64,000 nucleotides of DNA, taken from Coprococcus sp. GTDB taxonomy: Bacteria > Bacillota > Clostridia > Lachnospirales > Lachnospiraceae. The stretch covers positions 49,596 to 113,595 of the forward strand of contig JAAWDY010000011.1 in assembly GCA_022793995.1 (NCBI GenBank). Direction: 5' to 3'. A model generated the notes under the pieces. It saw only the letters and a list, made by a program, of their open reading frames with translations, was not told the DNA's origin and ran no database searches. Below are positions 58,462 through 64,000 of this stretch, piece after piece. The translations under genes were made by a program, and so were the position numbers. The first letter of the stretch is position 1. The number at the start of each line of letters is the position of its first letter.

Positions 58462-59130
58462 ATGGGATATCAGTATCTTTTGTTCGATTTAGACGGAACC
58501 ATTGTGGAATCGGGGCCAGGGATCATCCATGCGGTTTCCTATGCACTGGACAAAATGGGGAAGGAAGTGACTGACCGGGAAGGCCTTCGGAAATTTATCG
58601 GCCCTCCTCTGACAGATTCAATGAAAACATATTATGGAATGACGGATGAAGAGGCGGCGCAAGCCATTCTATACTATAGAGAATATTACGCTAATAAAGG
58701 AATTTTTGAAAGTAGTGTTTATGAAGGGTTTCTGGAGGCGGCGCTTCGTCTAAAAGCGGCCGGGAAAACGCTCGCTGTCGCCACGTCCAAGCCGGAAGAA
58801 TATGCAAAGCAGATTGCAGAGAAATTTGAGTTTACAGAAGTCTTTGAAGGAATCTATGGGGCTTCGATGGATGGAACACGGGTGAAAAAAGAGGATGTCA
58901 TCCATTACGCGTTGGAATCTCTGGGAATAGAAGGCCTGGATTATGAAAAGGTGCTTATGATCGGGGACCGTAAACACGACATCCTGGGAGCAAAGGCAAA
59001 TGGACTGGCGTCCATGGGAGTGCTGTACGGCTATGGGAGCCGAACAGAGCTTAAAGACGCGGGCGCGGATTATATCGCGGAGACCACAAAGTCGATGGCA
59101 GATCATATTCTGGCGATGGGGATAGAATAG
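58462..59130 (+). CDS. HAD-IA family hydrolase (phosphoglycolate phosphatase-like)
   Basis: YLLFDLDGTIVES motif I, ATSK motif II region, GDRKHD motif III/IV. Confidence 0.8.
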   Translation: MGYQYLLFDLDGTIVESGPGIIHAVSYALDKMGKEVTDREGLRKFIGPPLTDSMKTYYGMTDEEAAQAILYYREYYANKGIFESSVYEGFLEAALRLKAAGKTLAVATSKPEEYAKQIAEKFEFTEVFEGIYGASMDGTRVKKEDVIHYALESLGIEGLDYEKVLMIGDRKHDILGAKANGLASMGVLYGYGSRTELKDAGADYIAETTKSMADHILAMGIE

Positions 59131-59131
59131 A

Positions 59132-59611
59132 ATGAAAATAACATTGCTTACAGTCGGGAAGATGAAAGAAAAGTATTTGCGGGAAGCGATTGCAGAATAT
59201 ACAAAGAGGCTCGGAAGATACTGTACGCTTACGATCGTAGAAGTCCCAGACGAGCAGACGCCGGACCATGCCAGCGCTGCGCAGGAAGAAATGATTCGTT
59301 CAAAAGAGGCCAAAAGATTGATGCGCCATGTAAAAGAGGACGCCTATGTGATTACGCTGGAAATTGGAGGGAAACATCTCAGTTCGGAAGAGTTTGCACA
59401 AACGATCGAAACGCTTGGGATACAAGGGAAGGGACATATTATGTTTGTCATTGGAGGTTCCATTGGCCTGGGAAAAGAGATACTGGCAAGATCTGATTTT
59501 GCGCTCAGTTTTTCCAAAATGACCTTCCCGCATCAGCTGATGCGCCTCATACTTTTGGAACAGATTTATCGGGCATACCGCATCATAAGCAAAGAACCTT
59601 ACCATAAATGA
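59132..59611 (+). CDS. rlmH: 23S rRNA (pseudouridine1915-N3)-methyltransferase RlmH
   Basis: MKITLLTVGKMKEKYL...EYTKRL and the SPOUT C-terminus FPHQLMRLILLEQIYRAY. 159 aa. Confidence 0.92.
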   Translation: MKITLLTVGKMKEKYLREAIAEYTKRLGRYCTLTIVEVPDEQTPDHASAAQEEMIRSKEAKRLMRHVKEDAYVITLEIGGKHLSSEEFAQTIETLGIQGKGHIMFVIGGSIGLGKEILARSDFALSFSKMTFPHQLMRLILLEQIYRAYRIISKEPYHK

Positions 59612-59628
59612 CGGACAAAATCCAAAGG

Positions 59629-60972
59629 TCAGCGTGCAATGGGAAGAGAACTCTGTATTTTTTCTATGCCTGTCCCAATGACAGCATTTGTGCGTTCTAG
59701 GGAAGCGTTCACATCCTCCGAGATGTGATCCAGGCCCGTCGATTCTGTAAGAGTATCGGGGCTGGACAAAGGAAGAATATAATGTTCGCCCCCGTATGTC
59801 ATAGAATGGTACACCCAGATGGGGACAAGTGTGACGTCAGTTAGGGAAACGGCGCCTTTAAGGTCGCGGTGTATCGTCAGCGTAACGATCACGCCGTCTT
59901 CCGTATGACCCTGCGTCAGTCCTTCCATATACTCGGTGCGTTGGTTAGACACAAGATTGCCGACAGAATAGATACATACCGTCTGATGATCGCCGGAGGC
60001 ACTTGTGAGCACATCGGCAGGCTGGACGACGTGGGGATGGCCGCCGATGATGGCATCGATCCCAAGATCACATAGCTTCTGTGCGATTTGACGTTGGTTA
60101 TCGTTTTCAATAAGCGCGTATTCCTCGCCCCAATGCAGATAGGCAATTGTATATTCGACGCCTTCGGTCTGCATTTCCTGAAGTCCTTTGTGGATGCTGT
60201 CATAAAAGGAATCCAGATCGCCATAATTGAATGAGTTAATGAGCGCTGCGCTTTCATCGCTTACAGGTATGGCATTGATCGTCTTTTGTCCGCCGTAGGC
60301 GGGTGTCTCATAGACATAGTTGAAGATACCGACTGTAATGCCGTTTATATTTTGGATCGTATATTCCTGGTCCTTTGCCTCCTTTTTTACTCCGGTGTAG
60401 GAGAGCGATTTCTGCTCCAAATATCCTGTAGTGAGAGAAAGGCCCTCGTCAAAATTGTCATAAATGTGGTTATTTACCAGTAGGCACAGATCCACGCCGG
60501 CATCTTGTAAAGCGTCGGCAATGGCGTCCGGTGAGCGGAACACAGGATAGTCGCTGTAATCGCCGTCAGAAAGGATGCATTCCAGATTGACGACAGCATA
60601 ATCTGCGTTCTCAAAAAAATCTTTGACATATGCAAAAACCGGGTGATAGTCGTAAGTTCCATCTTCTTTATGGTAAAGGGAAGAGCGCAGAAATGGAGTG
60701 TGCATGACAATGTCTCCGGCGGAAACGATCGTCGCATCCGCCTCCAGAGAGACTTCCGGTTTTGCGCTTACCGGAAGCGATACCGATTCCTTTTGGAGCT
60801 GGACAGCAGAAGATACAGGCTCCCTGGAAGAAACGCCGTATAGATAGCATCCTGCAAGAATAAGAAAACTTCCTGCCGCCGCAATGACGGCGACGAGAAT
60901 ATAGGGAAATACCCTTCTATGCCTTGAAACGCGCTCCTTTTTATAGATATAACGCTGTCTGCGGGAATGCAT
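59629..60972 (-). CDS. CapA-family metallophosphatase-fold protein with an N-terminal membrane anchor
   Basis: GDIVMH, VVNLE, YLHWGEEY, GGHPHVVQP motifs. TM segment near the N-terminus. Confidence 0.8.
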   Translation of the reverse strand: MHSRRQRYIYKKERVSRHRRVFPYILVAVIAAAGSFLILAGCYLYGVSSREPVSSAVQLQKESVSLPVSAKPEVSLEADATIVSAGDIVMHTPFLRSSLYHKEDGTYDYHPVFAYVKDFFENADYAVVNLECILSDGDYSDYPVFRSPDAIADALQDAGVDLCLLVNNHIYDNFDEGLSLTTGYLEQKSLSYTGVKKEAKDQEYTIQNINGITVGIFNYVYETPAYGGQKTINAIPVSDESAALINSFNYGDLDSFYDSIHKGLQEMQTEGVEYTIAYLHWGEEYALIENDNQRQIAQKLCDLGIDAIIGGHPHVVQPADVLTSASGDHQTVCIYSVGNLVSNQRTEYMEGLTQGHTEDGVIVTLTIHRDLKGAVSLTDVTLVPIWVYHSMTYGGEHYILPLSSPDTLTESTGLDHISEDVNASLERTNAVIGTGIEKIQSSLPIAR

Positions 60973-61193
60973 GAATCGTCTCCTCCTGTCATCCGGGCAT
61001 GTCCGCCCATCTATTTCACTATGATTATCGGCCGCCTGCCCGCCTAAATTAATAGAAATCTGGAAAACATTATAGAAGAATCAGATAAATAGGAAGGCAA
61101 TTCACACTTGCTTTTTCCAGAAATACCTGCTATGATTAATGCAGTAAATGAAAAAGGAGGGAAGCCGGAGATCGAGGATTTTCCGGCGGTAAT

Positions 61194-61370
61194 ATGGATA
61201 TTTCAGCATTATCAGTTGTTATGTCTATGGATCAGCTCCGTACGAACGTAGGATTCGCTGTGATGGCTAAGGCAATGGATACAATGGAAGAAGGCGGCGA
61301 GGCGATCACAAAGATGTTAGAAGGTTCTATCAATCCGGATCTGGGGCAGAATATTGACATAAGAGTGTAA
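61194..61370 (+). CDS. YjfB-like small protein ('putative motility protein' family), 58 aa, below the ORF-track cutoff
   Basis: Hand translation: MDISALSVVMSMDQLRTNVGFAVMAKAMDTMEEGGEAITKMLEGSINPDLGQNIDIRV*. It matches the remembered YjfB pattern (MDI..LS...SQ......V...KKAMD........L........LG..IDI). Confidence 0.65.
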   Translation: MDISALSVVMSMDQLRTNVGFAVMAKAMDTMEEGGEAITKMLEGSINPDLGQNIDIRV

Positions 61371-61408
61371 AAAGCTGAGTGCTAAGAAATTAGCGCGGCA
61401 GCTTTTTT
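61371..61408 (+). terminator. Terminator after the yjfB-like ORF
   Basis: AAAGCTG-AGTGCTAA-gaaa-TTAGCGC-G-CAGCTTTTTT. Confidence 0.7.
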
Positions 61409-61462
61409 CTTATCATAAAGGATAAAACCGGCGACGCAGCCGGAATAAAGAAAGGGCACGCT

Positions 61463-63535
61463 ATGGATATGAGTGGAAATGTATACATGAACCGGGAATT
61501 ATCATGGCTGAAATTCAACGAGAGAGTGCTGGAAGAAGCAGAGAACAGGGCGGTCCCTCTGTGCGACAGGCTGACGTTCGCTTCGATTTACCAGACGAAT
61601 CTGGATGAATTTTTTATGGTACGTGTGGGGGCATTGTTCGACCAGACCTTGGTGTCTGCGCAGATCCGGGATAATAAGACCCAAATGACTCCGCGCGAGC
61701 AGATGGAGAAGATCTTTAAACAGACCCGCAAGCTGGAACGCCGTAAAGAAGCGGTATATAAAGAACTGATGGATGAAATTGCCGGACAGGGGATCCGCAT
61801 CCTGCGTTTTCATGAGATCCCGGAAGAGGGAGGAAAATATCTGGAGCATTACTTTGACTCTGAGATCGCTCCTTTGATATCGCCTACGGTGGTGGGAAGA
61901 AGACAGCCGTTCCCCTTCCTCAAGAATAAGGAGATTTATGCCGTCATCGTGCTTGAAACGAAGAGTAAAAAGGAGCGGATCGGTATCATACCTTGCGCAG
62001 CGGGAGTATTCAACCGGATGGTGGAGATTCCGGACATGCCGGGAAGTTATATGCTGGAAGAGGAACTGATTCTTCATTTTGCGGCAAAGGTATTCAAAGG
62101 CTATAAGATCAAGTCAAAGTCGCTCCTTCGGGTCACGCGGAATGCGGATATTGATTCAGACGCATTGTATGATGAGGATTTGGACTATCGGGAATTCATG
62201 GAGGATCTTGTAAAACAGAGAAAGAAGCTGGTGCCGATCCGTCTGGAGCTTTCACGTGATATCGATAAAGAAGGGATTGCGCGCTTGTGCGGCTATCTGC
62301 ATCTGGATGAAAGCCATGTCTTCAGGACTTCCACACCGCTGGACTTATCTTTTGTTTTCAGGATACAGGACTTTCTGCGCAAAAGGCCGGAGCTGTTTTA
62401 TCCGAAAAGGACTCCGCAGAAATCCGATCAAATCCAAGAAGGCGAGAGCATCATCGGACAGATCAAGGAGCATGACCGGATGCTGGCGTACCCGTATGAG
62501 GCGATGCGTCCTTTCCTGCGGCTTTTAGACGAGGCGGCTGATGATCCGGACGTGGTATCCATTAAGATGACTCTGTACCGTGTGGCAAAGCAGAGCCAGG
62601 TGGTGGAGACTTTGATTAACGCGGCGGAGAACGGAAAAGAAGTGGTAGTTCTGGTGGAACTCAGGGCTAGATTCGATGAGGAGAATAATATTGCCTGGTC
62701 TCGCAGGCTGGAAAACGCCGGCTGCCAGGTCATTTATGGCCTGGATGGATATAAGGTCCATTCTAAGCTCTGTCTCATCACAAGGAAATCCGGAGGACGG
62801 ATCGAGTATATTACGCAGGTAGGCACAGGGAACTATAACGAGAAGACGTCGCGGCTCTACACGGATCTGTCGCTTATGACAGCAAATGTGGATATCGGCA
62901 TCGAGGCGGCCAATATGTTCCAGAACCTGGCGATGGGAGAGGTGATCGAGAAGACAGATCATCTTCTTGTGTCACCGAAATGCCTGCAGAACCGGATACT
63001 TGCCATGCTGGACGAGGAGATCGAACACGCGAAGAATGGAGAGGAAGCTTATGCAGGATTTAAACTAAATTCCCTGACGGATAAAAAGATCATAGATAAG
63101 CTGATTGAAGCATCCTGTGCGGGGGTAAAGATCGATATGGTGGTCCGCGGGATCTGCTGTCTGATTCCGCAGGTGGAAGGGAAGACGGAGAATATCCGTG
63201 TTATCAGTATCGTTGGCAGATTTTTAGAGCATTCCCGGATCTATATATTCGGAACCAGCGAGCGGAGGAAATACTATATTGGATCCGCTGATTTTATGAC
63301 AAGGAATACGGTCAGAAGGGTGGAAGTATCTGCTCCTGTGTATGACAAGCATCTGCAGGATGAACTTCAGGGCATGTTCGATCTCATGCTCTCTGACAAC
63401 CGGCAGGCAAGGGAATTGGGAAGCGATGGGATTTACCGCAGGGTGGAGAATGAGGAAAAGCCGGTGAACTCTCAGGATTTATTCTACGCAATGACGTATC
63501 ACGAGGAGCCCAGTCTGTTTGCGTCGGAAGAATAA
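61463..63535 (+). CDS. ppk: Polyphosphate kinase 1
   Basis: YMNRELSWLKFNERVLEEA N-terminus and two PLD-like HKD-type blocks (VHSKLCLI, HSRIYIFG). 690 aa. Confidence 0.95.
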   Translation: MDMSGNVYMNRELSWLKFNERVLEEAENRAVPLCDRLTFASIYQTNLDEFFMVRVGALFDQTLVSAQIRDNKTQMTPREQMEKIFKQTRKLERRKEAVYKELMDEIAGQGIRILRFHEIPEEGGKYLEHYFDSEIAPLISPTVVGRRQPFPFLKNKEIYAVIVLETKSKKERIGIIPCAAGVFNRMVEIPDMPGSYMLEEELILHFAAKVFKGYKIKSKSLLRVTRNADIDSDALYDEDLDYREFMEDLVKQRKKLVPIRLELSRDIDKEGIARLCGYLHLDESHVFRTSTPLDLSFVFRIQDFLRKRPELFYPKRTPQKSDQIQEGESIIGQIKEHDRMLAYPYEAMRPFLRLLDEAADDPDVVSIKMTLYRVAKQSQVVETLINAAENGKEVVVLVELRARFDEENNIAWSRRLENAGCQVIYGLDGYKVHSKLCLITRKSGGRIEYITQVGTGNYNEKTSRLYTDLSLMTANVDIGIEAANMFQNLAMGEVIEKTDHLLVSPKCLQNRILAMLDEEIEHAKNGEEAYAGFKLNSLTDKKIIDKLIEASCAGVKIDMVVRGICCLIPQVEGKTENIRVISIVGRFLEHSRIYIFGTSERRKYYIGSADFMTRNTVRRVEVSAPVYDKHLQDELQGMFDLMLSDNRQARELGSDGIYRRVENEEKPVNSQDLFYAMTYHEEPSLFASEE

Positions 63536-63575
63536 ACGATTACAGTGCAAAATGACATAAAAGGAGTTTAAGAAT

Positions 63576-64000
63576 ATGCTGGAAATCATTTGTATTATCT
63601 GGTTGTGGAAGACGAATGGAAAAAATGCGCTCATGAAAGGACAGAAGCCGACCAAGTATCATGTGCTGACCCTGGCGCTGTGGTTTGGGCTTGAGATACT
63701 GGGTACTTTTACAGGCGCAATCATCATGGAGATGGTATCACCAGGTACGGATCCGTTTATCGGCGCGTATCTGTTCGGGATCGTCGGCGCTGCTTTGGGA
63801 GGATTTTCCTCTTATCAGATCGCGAAAAATGCACCCCAGGGAGATTACCGGCAGAACCCTTATCAGCAGCAGGGTTATGGGCAGAATCCCTGGGACCAGG
63901 AATGGAATCAAGGGCAGAATAACTGGAACCAGAATCAAAACAACTGGAGCCAGGGACAGAATAACTGGAATCAGGATCAGAACGGCTGGAATCAGGGACA
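63576..64000 (+). CDS. Partial CDS: small membrane protein with a C-terminal Q/N/W-rich repeat tail (runs off the window end)
   Basis: Hand translation: MLEIICIIWLWKTNGKNALMKGQKPTKYHVLTLALWFGLEILGTF...FGIVGAALGGFSSYQIAKNAPQGDYRQNPYQQQGYGQNPWDQEWNQGQNNWNQNQNNWSQGQNNWNQDQNGWNQG. AAGGAG lies 9 nt upstream. No stop before the edge. Confidence 0.6.
   Translation, partial: MLEIICIIWLWKTNGKNALMKGQKPTKYHVLTLALWFGLEILGTFTGAIIMEMVSPGTDPFIGAYLFGIVGAALGGFSSYQIAKNAPQGDYRQNPYQQQGYGQNPWDQEWNQGQNNWNQNQNNWSQGQNNWNQDQNGWNQG

Noticed and set aside
1-64000. Mobile elements, prophage, defence islands, and rRNA/tRNA genes.
   Set aside because: No transposase, integrase, recombinase, phage structural, restriction-modification, Cas or other recognisable defence protein appeared in any frame. 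No intergenic region is long enough or shaped like a tRNA or rRNA gene. This was judged by eye only, so small RNAs could have been missed.

Overview
This window looks like chromosomal core from a Firmicutes/Clostridia genome, probably Lachnospiraceae-like (inferred from gene content and synteny only). It is densely packed with housekeeping genes, mostly on the + strand. Recognisable blocks in order: mscL, a small P-loop ATPase, two COG0523/CobW-type GTPases, leuS, dpaL plus an amidohydrolase, rpiB, an M50 protease, an uncharacterised protein, a small decayed spot, and a large RND permease. Next come the rimP-nusA-ylxR-ylxQ-infB-rbfA-nrnA-truB-ribF cluster, a Na/Pi transporter and ackA. The yceD-rpmF / plsX-acpP / rnc-smc-ftsY cluster follows, then ilvA, a GntR regulator and icd, an ABC-F ATPase (- strand), rex, nnr-alr-mazF, a CorC-like protein and yebC. 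The last third holds a hypothetical gene, metY, tepA-ftsK, fhs, a zinc-ribbon/TPR membrane protein, nfnAB, an AlkD-like protein, a HAD hydrolase, rlmH, capA (- strand), a yjfB-like small ORF, ppk and a partial Q/N/W-repeat membrane protein. I recognised no rRNA, tRNA, CRISPR array, transposase, integrase, prophage gene or known defence gene. I found no convincing novel multi-gene system. The more unusual items are: (1) two homologous extended hairpins with compensatory stem changes bracketing plsX-acpP, the second directly upstream of rnc; (2) about 3.4 tandem copies of a 68-70 nt hairpin unit in the gntR-icd spacer; (3) an EndoA/MazF toxin after alr with no room for its antitoxin; (4) an RND permease with a ~270-aa coiled-coil insertion and no adaptor gene; (5) a COG0523 GTPase with a tandem (G-E-C-G-C-G-H-H-H) metal-binding array. 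All gene calls rest on reading the translated ORFs against remembered family signatures; no searches were run.
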